A stretch of 64,000 nt of DNA from a virus (Duplodnaviria; Caudoviricetes). Shown in pieces: positions 11,664-23,282 of this stretch (the stretch's first letter is position 1; each line of letters opens with the position of its first letter). The stretch is from the IMG/VR virus record IMGVR_UViG_3300037067_027643, positions 64,001 through 128,000 of that record; one strand, written 5' to 3'. Under the pieces are notes generated by a model, which worked only from the letters and a program-made list of their open reading frames with translations, did no database searches and was not told the DNA's origin. The translations under genes were made by a program, and so were the position numbers.

Positions 11664-11877
11664 CTATTTCATTTTTTAATATTTCTCTATCTTCTTCATA
11701 AATTATATCATCTATAGTTAATCCTAATTTATCTAAGACTTTTACCACTCATAAATTTCCAATTGTTAAATGAGCTAAAGAATTAATTTCTGACGCTGTT
11801 AATGATACTTCTTTTCCCAATAAAAATTCAATTTGATTCTTCAATGAGTTGTCTTTGTTTGTTGTTAAATTTATCAT
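11650..11877 (-). pseudogene. Small ORF interrupted by in-frame TGA
   Basis: MINLTTNK...TIGNL-TGA(11749-11751)-VVKVLDKLGL...AKSL-TAA. Confidence 0.35.
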
Positions 11878-11885
11878 AATTTATT

Positions 11886-13925
11886 TTATTTAGGAATATG
11901 CAATTCACACATTCCATGTTTCTTTTCTAATATCGTTCCTTTGTAATCTTTATCCATTATGTGTTGAACAGTACAAACATACATTTCAGTTGATTCAGTA
12001 ACACTTCCTTGGAATTGTTTATTCCATGGATGTTTCATTAATTCTAATTGATTTCTGCAATTGCAACAACATTCTCCAGAATGCCATCCTTTATCACATG
12101 GAATATAATCATTACTTTTAATTGGATTATTATCTCTAAAAATTTGATTTTCATCTATATATTCAAAATCTTCGTCTTTTATTAATACTGGATTTCTAGT
12201 AAACCACATTCCACCATTCCAATATTCAATATTACAATCTTCTTTGTTTGGATATTTTACCCAATAATAACCTGGATTTCTTGTTTTCATATTTAATTTA
12301 TTTAATTTTACTATATTTAATCATACCAATATAATCAATAATAATTGGTTCAAATTCATATCTATGTTCTTTTATAAATTTCTCTCTTTCTTTTAATATC
12401 TTTTCAATTTCTTTAATTTGGAAACTTTTGTATGATTTAATTAATTTCATATTTGGATTAAATTATATTTTTGTACTACACTAATTAATTCCTCTTCGTT
12501 TTTTACATTTATTATAATATTTGCTTGTTTTACTGTAGTTATATCAATTCCTTGTTTTGTTCTACATATTCCTAATATATCTATATAATCAAATATTCCT
12601 TCTTTACCTGTGGTACTGCATTTTATGTGTTTTCCTTTACAATTTTCTAAAGTATTTATTTTAGCAAATGTTTTAAATGGTATATTTACTTTTAACATAA
12701 TTTATATTTTTAATTTAATATTAATAATAATTTATTATTTAACCACATCTTTAATTTTCTCAAAATTAACTACATAATGACTTGTTTCTTTTGGTTTATT
12801 TAGTGATTCACACCAAACACCATATTGTGCTGTTTCTGGATATAATTTTAATATTTCTCCAGTTTCATTATTTTTACTATAAGAATTAAATATAATTTTA
12901 GTTCCAACTTCTAAACCTAATTGTACATCATTTTCTTTTACCCATTCAATTATTTGATCTCTCATCAAATCATTATAACTATATTGTATAACATCTAAAT
13001 CTTCTACAATCAACGCACAAATATCATAACCATTCTTTTCAAACTCTTTACCCAATGTAAAACCATCTAAATCAAATGGCCAATTTAAAATTTCTTTTGA
13101 TATTTCGATACAATCATCTAAATCAGAATTTTTATTATAACTAATTATAATTTTTGCCATTTCTGTAGCTAGTTTATTTAAATTATCTTCTGTTAAACTA
13201 TCTGGTCTTTCTTGTACTTTATTATCCATAATAAATTTTTAATTATATTTATTTTATTTTTATTTTTACATTAACTAATAATGGTAAATCTTTTCCATTA
13301 TGATATTTAATTAATTCAATATATTTTTCATCTCCAATTATACCATCTATAGTCCATTTAGTTTTAATACCATTTTCATATATTGGTATTGAATATTTTA
13401 CTGTTTTACTCATTATTTTATAATCTAATTGCTTTATATATTGATTGTCTTTCAAATGAATTTTCTGCTCTATTAGCTTTTAAATAATTATGCCACTTTT
13501 CTAAAGCTTTTTCACTTGTTTTTGCGTCTACAAACCCAGATTCAATTCTTTCATCTCCATTACTATCTGGATAATCTGGATGCCTAACCCAAATAATTTT
13601 GAATCTATTTACTTGTATTTTATTATGCATAATACATAATTTTAGTTAAAATCGAATTAATTGCAACTTTATAGAAATCAATAGATACATCTGAGTTAGA
13701 AAAGAATTCTTTTGGAGAGTCCTTCCATAATTCATTATAAATATTAAATTTAACGTTTAATAATTCTGTAAAAGAAACCATATTTAAATTAAATTTTTTG
13801 AGTGTTTTTATCATAGATTCATTAGATGGTACATTAAAATCTTTTAATTCATCAAATTCATCATCACCAACCAATAAAAAATTTAATACTGCTATAGAAC
13901 ATTTTAATAATTCATTATTATTCAT
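11886..13925 (-). other. Cassette of small hypothetical genes (11886-12290, 12447-12698, 12735-13229, 13249-13455, 13418-13630, 13623-13925)
   Basis: Tandem ORFs downstream of promoter at 13953-13984. Confidence 0.6.
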
Positions 13926-13952
13926 AATATATTTAATTTTAAATTAACGATA

Positions 13953-13984
13953 CAAAAATAAGTAAAATTTTTCACTTTACCAAA
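13953..13984 (-). promoter_or_regulatory. Bacteroidota sigma70-type promoter
   Basis: TTTG-N20-TATTTTTG. Confidence 0.75.
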
Positions 13985-14047
13985 TTTATTTTTAATTTTT
14001 ATAATAGAAAATAATTTTGTATATTAAAATAAAAATTCTAAAACAAC

Positions 14048-17000
14048 ATGAAATTAAATAGTAAATTATCAAAAATTAAACACATTATTCACGTATCCGA
14101 TATTCACATTAGGTTACTTAAAAAACATAAAGAGTATCGTACAATATTTAAAAACCTTTATAACAGTATAGAACAATATGATAATACCAATACAATAGTT
14201 GTTATTACTGGTGATTTAGTTCATAATAAAACAGAAATGAGTCCAGAAATGATAGACTTAGTTCAAGAATTCATAACAGAACTATCTAATCGTTTTGAAA
14301 TCGTAATTATACCTGGTAACCATGATATCAACTTAAACAACCCAGATAGATTAGATGCACTATCACCTATTATTAAAATAATTCAAAGAAACAGTAAAAA
14401 CAATATACATTATATTAAAGATAGTGGTTATTATTGTTTAGCTAACTGTGGAATTAAAAATTATTCTGTATTTGAAAATGATATAATAATAGAAGATGAA
14501 AATTTTATCAATCAAGAATATAAAATTGGATTGTATCATGGAATTGTACAAGGTTCAACAAGTAATAGTGGTATTGAATTTAAAAATGCTAAAACTACAT
14601 TAGCTGACTTTGATGGTAATGATATAATACTTCTTGGTGATATACATAAATTTCAAACATTACAAGAATATCATACTAACAATGATAATGAAAAACGTCC
14701 ATCTGTAGCGTACCCAAGCTCATTATGTCAACAGAACTATGGAGAGAGTGAAAATAATCACGGATATCTACTATGGAACTTAGAAAATAGAAACTTTGAT
14801 TTTATTGAAATTGATAATCCTTACAAATATCATACATTACATATTGCTAATGGAGAACTAATAACAGATACCGCTAATATATCAAGTAACCCACATATTA
14901 GATTGATTGTAGATGATAACATTACAGAAAAATCACAAATTAGAGATATTAGTTCTCAATTAAAAAGTCAGTATAATGTTCAAAGTTTAATTATAAATCA
15001 TGCTAAACAACAAATAGAACAGAGTGGTGGTATTGATAATAATATAGAACAAATTAAAATTAATAGCAGTGATATTAAGAATGTAAATATTCAAAATCAG
15101 TTAATTAAAAAATTCTTAGAAAAGAAGCATAATGAAATAACAGAAGAACAGTTTAAAGCTATTGAAGATTTAAATATAAGAATCAATACATTAATTAAAA
15201 CAAATCCAATAGACAGTTCATCTGTAGTTGTAATTAAATATAAAAAATTAGAATGGAGTAATATGTTTACTTATGGTAAAGATAATGTATTAGACTTTAC
15301 TAATTTTAGGGATATATATGGTCTTTTTGCTAAAAATAAAGAAGGTAAAAGTGCTACTTTAGAAATTTTATTATATGTAATGTTTGACCAATGTAACAGA
15401 GCCAATAAAGCTGGAGATGTAATAAACTACAATGCTACTACATTTGATTGTAAGTTTAATTTTGAAATAAACAATATCAATTACTTTATAGAAAGACATG
15501 CTAAAAGAGCTAAGAATGGTAAAGTAAGTGTAGAAGTTGATTTTTATTATATCAATGAAAACAACGAAAGAAAATCTCTTAATGGAACAGAACGCAAAGA
15601 TACTAATAAAATAATAAGAAATTACATTGGAACATTTGAAAATTTAATAATGACTTCTGTTTCTCCACAAGATAAAAACTTAGGATTAATTGATACTAAA
15701 CAAGCCGAAAGAAAAGATTTATTTGCTTCCTTCTTAGATATTACTGTATTTGATTTATTATTAGAAATAGGGAATAAAGAAAATAGTAAAATTATATTAC
15801 AAATTAAAGAACTTTCTGCTAGAGATTTTGATAAAGAATTAGAAGATATTAATACTATATTAGAAGAAAATAATAAAAAACATACAGAACTAAATGATTT
15901 AAAAGCTATTAATTCTAATAAAAAAGAAGCGATAAATAATCGAATATTAGAACTTACTAAACAATTAATAGCAATTAAAACAGTAAAGGATATAAATGTA
16001 TTAAACAGTAATACAACCGCTTTATCAACTAAAAAAACTAATACCAACACTAATATTGAAACTGTTAATAATAATTTAAACATTTACAAAAATAATGCTA
16101 TTACATTAAAAACACAAATTGATCAGTATGATGACGTATTAATAAACGATAACATTAAATTAATAACAGAATTAACCAATAAAAAACAACCTTTAGATAA
16201 ACAACTGCATACTCTTACCGTAGAAGCTAAAGAAAAGAAACTTAAAATTGAAAAACTTAAAGACTTAGAATACGATAAAGATTGCTCTTTTTGTATGAAC
16301 AATATCTATGTCAAAGATGCGATTCAAGTAAGAGATTCTTTTGAACAAGATAAATTGGCTGGAAAAACACTATTAGAACAGATACAAGCGTTAGATACTC
16401 AAATATTAGAACTATATACTTATCAAACTCAAAAAACAGAATTAGATAGCTTAAAACAACAATTAAAACAAATACTTGACAATGATATTCCATTATGTAA
16501 AAGTAAGATTGAAAAATTTAATAAAGAAATAGAATTAATAGAATTACAAATAGTAGAAAATGCTAATGATATCGTTAAATACAATCAAAATATTGAAAAT
16601 ATCAAAGCTAATGCTATTGTTGAATCTGATATTAAAACAACAAAAGAAGAATTAAAAACAGTAACAAATGAAGGACAAACAATAGATAATAATATTCAAA
16701 CTATAATTAAAGATATTGCTATTAATGAAAACAAAATAACTAACATCAACAATGATATAATTAAACTTAAAACGCTTGAAATTCAATCTAAGGTATATAA
16801 TTATTATTTAGAAACAGTAAACAGACAGGGATTACCTTACGAATTGATTAGTAACATGATTCAATTCTTTGAAAATGAGATAAATTTAATTTTACATCAA
16901 TTTACGAACTTTGAAATTAGAGTTGAAATGTTAGATGGAGATATTGATATGTATATTGATTATGGAAACGGACAAAAATGGTTACTAGAATTAACAAGTG

Positions 17001-17269
17001 GATTTGAAAGTTTTGCTTCTTCTATAGCTATTAGATGTGCATTGTTGAATATTTCCAATACGCCGAGACCAAATGGATTTATTGTAGATGAAGGCTTCGG
17101 TAAAGCAGATGCTGATAATTTAAGTAATATACCACAAGTCTTTGAATATTTAAGTCAATATTTTGAATTTATTTTAATTGTAAGTCATATTGATGTTATG
17201 AAAGATAGTGTAAATTCAATTATAGAAATAACTAAAGATAGTGAAAATAAATCTCACATAAATTTTTAA
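14048..17269 (+). CDS. Fused SbcD/Mre11 (gp47) nuclease - SbcC/Rad50 (gp46) ATPase
   Basis: N-terminal SDIH, GDLVH, GNHD, GDIH phosphoesterase motifs; AKNKEGKS Walker A-like; coiled coil with CSFC hook; TSGFE signature; IVDEGFG Walker B; VSH. Confidence 0.9.
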   Translation: MKLNSKLSKIKHIIHVSDIHIRLLKKHKEYRTIFKNLYNSIEQYDNTNTIVVITGDLVHNKTEMSPEMIDLVQEFITELSNRFEIVIIPGNHDINLNNPDRLDALSPIIKIIQRNSKNNIHYIKDSGYYCLANCGIKNYSVFENDIIIEDENFINQEYKIGLYHGIVQGSTSNSGIEFKNAKTTLADFDGNDIILLGDIHKFQTLQEYHTNNDNEKRPSVAYPSSLCQQNYGESENNHGYLLWNLENRNFDFIEIDNPYKYHTLHIANGELITDTANISSNPHIRLIVDDNITEKSQIRDISSQLKSQYNVQSLIINHAKQQIEQSGGIDNNIEQIKINSSDIKNVNIQNQLIKKFLEKKHNEITEEQFKAIEDLNIRINTLIKTNPIDSSSVVVIKYKKLEWSNMFTYGKDNVLDFTNFRDIYGLFAKNKEGKSATLEILLYVMFDQCNRANKAGDVINYNATTFDCKFNFEINNINYFIERHAKRAKNGKVSVEVDFYYINENNERKSLNGTERKDTNKIIRNYIGTFENLIMTSVSPQDKNLGLIDTKQAERKDLFASFLDITVFDLLLEIGNKENSKIILQIKELSARDFDKELEDINTILEENNKKHTELNDLKAINSNKKEAINNRILELTKQLIAIKTVKDINVLNSNTTALSTKKTNTNTNIETVNNNLNIYKNNAITLKTQIDQYDDVLINDNIKLITELTNKKQPLDKQLHTLTVEAKEKKLKIEKLKDLEYDKDCSFCMNNIYVKDAIQVRDSFEQDKLAGKTLLEQIQALDTQILELYTYQTQKTELDSLKQQLKQILDNDIPLCKSKIEKFNKEIELIELQIVENANDIVKYNQNIENIKANAIVESDIKTTKEELKTVTNEGQTIDNNIQTIIKDIAINENKITNINNDIIKLKTLEIQSKVYNYYLETVNRQGLPYELISNMIQFFENEINLILHQFTNFEIRVEMLDGDIDMYIDYGNGQKWLLELTSGFESFASSIAIRCALLNISNTPRPNGFIVDEGFGKADADNLSNIPQVFEYLSQYFEFILIVSHIDVMKDSVNSIIEITKDSENKSHINF

Positions 17270-17272
17270 ATC

Positions 17273-17710
17273 ATGAATATAACTCCAGAAAAAATAACAG
17301 AATTAAAACAAAATGAAATATTTGTATTTGGTAGTAATGAATCTGGAATTCATGGAGCCGGAGCTGCTAAACAAGCTTTAAAATGGGGAGCTAAATATGG
17401 ACAACCAGAAGGATTAAAAGGAAATACTTATGCAATTCCTACTAAAAATAAATCAATAACAAGAACATTATCAATTAATGAAATTAAAATTTATGTTGAT
17501 AGATTTATTGAATTTGCTGTTATACATTCTGAATTGACATTCTTAGTAACTGAAATTGGTTGTGGATTAGCTGGATTAAAACCTATTGATGTCGCTCCAT
17601 TATTTGCTGATGTGGTTAAATTAAAATTAAATAATATTCATCTTCCAACTAATTTTATATTTGAATTAATGGTTAATGGTACTATAAAACCACTTCCAAC
17701 AGAAATATAG
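17273..17710 (+). CDS. Macro-like domain phage protein (A1S_2505-like family)
   Basis: IFVFGSNESGIHGAGAA...YAIPTK...FLVTEIGCGLAG. Confidence 0.7.
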   Translation: MNITPEKITELKQNEIFVFGSNESGIHGAGAAKQALKWGAKYGQPEGLKGNTYAIPTKNKSITRTLSINEIKIYVDRFIEFAVIHSELTFLVTEIGCGLAGLKPIDVAPLFADVVKLKLNNIHLPTNFIFELMVNGTIKPLPTEI

Positions 17711-17732
17711 CAATTAAAATAAAATATAAATT

Positions 17733-17769
17733 AAATCCACTATAAAGTTAACTTTATAGTGGATTTTTT
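17733..17769 (+). terminator. Intrinsic terminator
   Basis: Perfect inverted repeat AAATCCACTATAAAGTT-T-AACTTTATAGTGGATTT followed by T-run. Confidence 0.75.
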
Positions 17770-17819
17770 ACTTTTACTAAATTTTACTATTTATATAAAA
17801 ACAACAAATAAATAATAAA

Positions 17820-18269
17820 ATGAAAAATCCGGATTCCAGTAGTACAAATTTTGAAAATATAGAAGTATTCAAAGGCAAAACATTGGCTAATATATTTAAA
17901 GAAATTCATAATAATCACAAAGATAAAGATAAACAAATTACAGAACTAATAGACAGTTTAAAGCCATTAATTACTAACATTACGGATGCTATACAGTTAG
18001 TCCCATTACTTAAAGATTATTTAGACATTGGAATTAAAAACAATGAACAACTTGTTAAATTAGCAACAGTAATCCAAAGAGCAGTATCTGTTAATAAAAG
18101 TGAAAATGGTAGTGGAGATGATGATATGACTATTCCTAAAGAAGAACGTGAAGAACTATTAAAGAATGCTAAAATAGTAAATAAAAATAATGATCAAATA
18201 ACTAGCATGATGAAAAGCGTTAATGAAATAGTTGATCTAACTAAAAAAGAAAAAACAAAAGTTGAATAA
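17820..18269 (+). CDS. hypothetical helical protein (late-type)
   Basis: 149-aa ORF after ACTATTTATA at 17786. Confidence 0.6.
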   Translation: MKNPDSSSTNFENIEVFKGKTLANIFKEIHNNHKDKDKQITELIDSLKPLITNITDAIQLVPLLKDYLDIGIKNNEQLVKLATVIQRAVSVNKSENGSGDDDMTIPKEEREELLKNAKIVNKNNDQITSMMKSVNEIVDLTKKEKTKVE

Positions 18270-19442
18270 ATGCTTACAAATCCAAATCATATATCTACTA
18301 ACTATTCAAAAGAACAAAATCAATCCTCTGTATCACCCCCAGAAAGTGCAGAAGTAATAGATATTATATTAAGTAAAGATCACCCAGATTATAAAAGTAT
18401 TGAAGACATTGGAAAAATAAAATTTAGAAGAACCAACAGTGATACTAGTCAATCTGAAAATAACCTATCAATAGCAACACCATTAAATCCAAACTTTAAA
18501 ATATATCCATTACTACATGAAATAGTAAACATACATACATCTGCTGGAGTAAGTACATCAGTAATTAAAAATGGTACTCAATATTATTATTCACAACCAG
18601 TAAATGTTTGGAACTTAGTAAATCACAATGCTCTTCCAAATGCCGCTAGTTTTAGAGGAGACAATAAACCAAATACCTCACCAACAACAGGAAACTATCA
18701 AAACTTTACCGGAAATAGTAATCAAACCACCAATCAATCTGATAATATAAAATTTGGAGAAAGTTTTAAAGAAAAAGTAGTACCACAGTTACAACCGTTT
18801 GAAGGTGATATTGTAATGAGTGGTAGATGGGGAAATAATATTCGATTTTCAAGTATAACTAAACCAAATAGTAATCCATGGTCAGCTAAAGGTAGCGTTG
18901 GTGATCCTATTACAATTATAACAAATAGTCGACCTAACAATAACGAGGATATAAAAACAGAAGATATCAATAAAGATAGCGCTTCTATTTATCTTTGTGA
19001 CGGACAAAATATTCCTATTAAAGCTATTAGTAAATCAATGAAAAGTTATCAAACTAAACCTACTTACTTTGATAAATATAATAGTAAACAAGTAATTATT
19101 GATAGTGGACGTATATTATTCCATGCTAAAACTGACAGTATATTTTTAAATGCTAAACAGAGTATCGGATTAAGTTCTACAAATACTGTTAACATAGATG
19201 CTGATAAAGGTATATATTTTGAAAGTCCTAAGTTATATCTAAACAGTAAAGGAAAAGAACCACTTATTAAAGGTAAGAAATTTAATGATGAAATCGTTAG
19301 TCCGATGTTACAAGAACTAAGTAAATTAACTGTATTGACTCCACTTGGACCAGCTACAGTATCACCTAATCATATAATTGTATTTACGCAATTAATAGCT
19401 AAATTACAATTAATGCTTAGTCAGAAAGTTTTTATTGAATAA
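18270..19442 (+). CDS. Baseplate hub/spike protein (gp5/gpV-like)
   Basis: N-terminal OB-like AEVIDIIL..IGKIKF..PLLHEIV; PFEGDIVMSGRWGNNIRF; C-terminal beta-repeat spike. Confidence 0.6.
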   Translation: MLTNPNHISTNYSKEQNQSSVSPPESAEVIDIILSKDHPDYKSIEDIGKIKFRRTNSDTSQSENNLSIATPLNPNFKIYPLLHEIVNIHTSAGVSTSVIKNGTQYYYSQPVNVWNLVNHNALPNAASFRGDNKPNTSPTTGNYQNFTGNSNQTTNQSDNIKFGESFKEKVVPQLQPFEGDIVMSGRWGNNIRFSSITKPNSNPWSAKGSVGDPITIITNSRPNNNEDIKTEDINKDSASIYLCDGQNIPIKAISKSMKSYQTKPTYFDKYNSKQVIIDSGRILFHAKTDSIFLNAKQSIGLSSTNTVNIDADKGIYFESPKLYLNSKGKEPLIKGKKFNDEIVSPMLQELSKLTVLTPLGPATVSPNHIIVFTQLIAKLQLMLSQKVFIE

Positions 19443-19604
19443 TAGATAAAAGCTTATCTCTACTAATTTTATATTTTTGACAAATTGTTTCTACTCCGTC
19501 ATCTATTAAATAAATATCTGTTACATTTTTAGAAGTACCCACTTTATTATAATTTTCTTTTAATTCTTTAATTAATTGTTCTTTTAATGATAATTCTTCT
19601 TTAT

Positions 19605-20901
19605 TCATAATTCACAAAATTTATTAATATTTCTCAAACTTGTTAATTCTGTAGTTAATTGTTTCTTTGTATTTGGTGTTTCTAATACCGCTTTATTTGT
19701 ATCTACATTAAATGAAACTAATTTCCAAACATATCCACGATTCTTAGCCCATGATACATGGTATTTTCGTCCAATTATATATTCTTTTGGTATATCTTTT
19801 AATTCTGTCATATTTTATCCAAAATTAATCATACCTTCTGGATATTTCTTCCAAAATTTAACCAATTGTTTTATTGCTTCTTGTTTTAAAATATTTCTAT
19901 CAGTTTTATCAAAACAAGTAGAAGTATAATAAATATTATCATCATTATCTTCTAAATATTTTAACGTTTCTTCTAACGAAAATAAAATATCATCTGGATA
20001 ATCTCCTATACGAAATACATCATGTGGTAAATCGTTAGAAGAAATATAAAATATTTGTTTTTTACAATTATATGAAGTTACATTATAATTTGATGTATGA
20101 TACTTATTATATATAGCAATCTCACATAATCCTTTTTTAACAATTTTTAATTGTCTTTCAACAATAGCTTTTTGTTTAATTCCATAATCGATAGTCCATT
20201 CTGGATATGTTTCTAATAATTCTAAATCTATTTTATCTCTATGATTTATCATATTATCATAAAACTTAATAGATCTTTTATATGTATTAATAACATTATT
20301 TCTAACTTTATCTTTGCTTATATTATACGGTTTAAAAAACCAAGTATGACATCCCATATTATTTATTTTTAATTATTATTTAAACGGATTAAACCCACTA
20401 TATCTCAAATCATTTACATTTGCTATTCTACTATCATCTACTATAGTTTCTTCATTTGTTACTATTACAGAATCTTCTACATCACACCAATATTCTTCTG
20501 GTAAATTTTTATCAATATTAAACTTTTGATATAAAAATTCAGATATAGGTTCTTGTTTAACTCCATTTTCAAAATATACAACCTCTCTATAATCTCCAAT
20601 TTTAAAAATATTTTCTTTTAAAAATGGAGTATAAAACCTTTTTACATACTGACCTATGTACTTAATGTATTGTCTGTAATTAGTTTTGTTATTCATATTT
20701 ATTTTAATGATTAAATGACTCTTTATATGTATGACCACAATTTTTACATTTATATTCTACTCTTGTTATATATAAATTATAATTTCTTAATTTTCTACTA
20801 AACTGTTTAATTTCATTTGATAAAGAAACAGTTTCACGACTAATTTCTTTAAATTGACAAAATCCAAAGAAACATAAAATATTTTTAATTAATTGTATCA
20901 T
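19605..20901 (-). other. Four small hypothetical genes (19605-19811, 19815-20357, 20376-20738, 20704-20901)
   Basis: Tandem ORFs downstream of rtcB. Confidence 0.55.
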
Positions 20902-22283
20902 AAATTTAATATTTTTTTATTATTTTTACGTTCTTCTCTTTCCTGTTTCATTTTCTTATTAGCTTTTCTATCTTTCCATGATTCTCCTTCACTACTGTCT
21001 TTGATATTCAATATAGGTTTTACTCTATCAATTATTTCAATAGTAGGTTCCAATAATAGTTCAATTAATTCACTGTCTTTATAAGATTGTGGGCTTTCAT
21101 CTAATGTACCTTTACAAACAGAAGTTGAATAAATCCCTTCCATAGACTTTTTAAAATCATCTAAATTTACTGTTTCTTTTGCTTTAGTTCTACTCATTAT
21201 TCTACCGGCTCCATGAGCACAACTGTAATTCCAATCTGGATTAGATTTACCGACAGCGATAACCATTCCATCTCTCATATTAAATGGTATAATCATCTTT
21301 TTATCTTTGTAAGATGCTATTGCTCCTTTACGAATTATAAAATCATTAAAATCGACATAATTGTGAATTGACTCTATTACTTCATCAAATTTAGTAATAT
21401 TTAAAACTTCTTGAATAATATCTAACATTGTTTTTCTATTCCAAACTGCATACTGTTGAGCAAATATCATATCAAATAAATAGTTTATTAAATATTCATC
21501 TTGTAAGTATTCTCGATCTATTCCTATACCAAACTTTTTTTTAAGTGAATCAATTTTATTTGGTATCTCTTTCTTATCAACTGTATTTAATACAATTTCA
21601 TTTAATCGTTTACTGTAATTATTAGAAGATCCATTCATTTGTTTTTTAGCTTGATTTATCCAATATTCTGCTACCTTTAAACCAAAGTTTCTACTTCCAG
21701 AATGAATGGTTACATAATAATCTGTAAGTGCTTGATTTACACCTATTTCAAGAAAGTGATTGCCTCCACCCATTGACCCAATACTATTAAAAAACTTCTT
21801 GATATTCATTTTAATATCTTTTAATTTTTTAATTAACCATTGTTCACTATATAATGGAGCTACATAATTTGTATTATATTTAACATTAAATGCTTTTACA
21901 AACTTATCTGCTATTATCTGTACATCATTGTATGGAATATCAGTAAAAACAGGACTTTTATGTTCATTAAATCCCATTGGAATTCTATGTCTGATTTCCT
22001 TATTTATTTTTTCTAAATCTAAATTAGAAGCATTTGGAAACTTTCCACTAATGAGACCACAGCCAATATCAACGCCTATATAGCTGGGTGTTAAGTAGTT
22101 ACCTAATTCCATTGTAAATCCAATACAAATTCCTTTACCAAAATGAGCATCCGGTTGAATTCTTACTTTAAGTCCTTTTGATATTGGAGAATTGATAATC
22201 GAATATATTTGAGAAATTACTTCCTCCTCTACATTATCAATGAATATTTTTGCTGTTGTATATTTCCCTGTTAATTCTATCAT
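20898..22283 (-). CDS. rtcB: RtcB family RNA 2',3'-cyclic phosphate ligase (tRNA repair)
   Basis: PDAHFGKG, GVDIGCG, GGGNHFLE, IHSGSRNFG, HNY, RKGA, HGAGR, DESP..YK. Confidence 0.95.
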   Translation of the reverse strand: MIELTGKYTTAKIFIDNVEEEVISQIYSIINSPISKGLKVRIQPDAHFGKGICIGFTMELGNYLTPSYIGVDIGCGLISGKFPNASNLDLEKINKEIRHRIPMGFNEHKSPVFTDIPYNDVQIIADKFVKAFNVKYNTNYVAPLYSEQWLIKKLKDIKMNIKKFFNSIGSMGGGNHFLEIGVNQALTDYYVTIHSGSRNFGLKVAEYWINQAKKQMNGSSNNYSKRLNEIVLNTVDKKEIPNKIDSLKKKFGIGIDREYLQDEYLINYLFDMIFAQQYAVWNRKTMLDIIQEVLNITKFDEVIESIHNYVDFNDFIIRKGAIASYKDKKMIIPFNMRDGMVIAVGKSNPDWNYSCAHGAGRIMSRTKAKETVNLDDFKKSMEGIYSTSVCKGTLDESPQSYKDSELIELLLEPTIEIIDRVKPILNIKDSSEGESWKDRKANKKMKQEREERKNNKKILNL

Positions 22284-22293
22284 GATTTAACTA

Positions 22294-23211
22294 TTATAAG
22301 TTTCCTTTTAACATTAATGAATAAATATATTCTAAAAACAAATGAATAAAATTTTTAGGTTTTAATACATTAAAATTCTCTTCTCCTAAACATTTAAAAG
22401 CTTCTACGAAGTCACCAAAATATTGTTTAAATGCTACTTCTTTACATTGATGATTTTTAATTATTAACCAAATATCATAAACATGTTCTTGACCATAAAT
22501 TCCCATTGTATAAACTACATATTTATCTAAATCTTCTTCTGAAAGTTCTTCTATTGAATAATATGTTCTAAAACAATCTTTAATATAAGTCAATCTTGGA
22601 ATTGTTTCTTTATATAAGTCATTCCAACAAATTTCTTTTAATACCTTTTCCATAATTATTTATTTTTTGCTTTGATTCTTATTTATCCACTTTAATTCTC
22701 TTTCATATTTTTCTTTTTTACCGTCATAATTACATTTTTTATTATTTGCTAATCCAAATTGACCAATCTGTTTCAAAATCTTCTCCTGTCCTATATTTCC
22801 AAAATTCAACAGTAGAAAGTGATACTCCATCTTCCATAATTATAGTTAAATTACCTTTCATAGTAATCCATTCATCTGGACTGAAATATCTATGAGTCAC
22901 TTTTGCTCCAGATTTCATTGCTTCAATTGCTTCTTGTTTTGTCATTTTTTACAAATTTTAAATTCATTAATTCAACCATATTTAAATTAGTAGCTCCAAA
23001 GCGTTAGTTCCTTCTTTTCACAAAACTTTCTAATCTTCTTTATCATCTCGTCAGTTATTTCACCATTTGGTACTACACCTTGTCCAAACAAATAATTATA
23101 ATTACAATAAGCTTGACTCTCATTTCCCCAACTAATCGTTACAACTATCTGTCCAAATACCATTGTTTTTATAGTATAATCGACTGTATTATTATTTATC
23201 GTTGTTTTCAT
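22294..23211 (-). other. Three small hypothetical genes (22294-22653, 22742-22945, 22987-23211)
   Basis: ORFs between promoter 23251-23282 and rtcB. Confidence 0.55.
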
Positions 23212-23250
23212 ATTGTTTATTTTTATAGTTATTTAATTAATTTAACAGTA

Positions 23251-23282
23251 CAAATATACAACTATTATTTCAGACTACCAAA
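23251..23282 (-). promoter_or_regulatory. Bacteroidota sigma70-type promoter
   Basis: TTTG-N20-TATATTTG. Confidence 0.75.
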
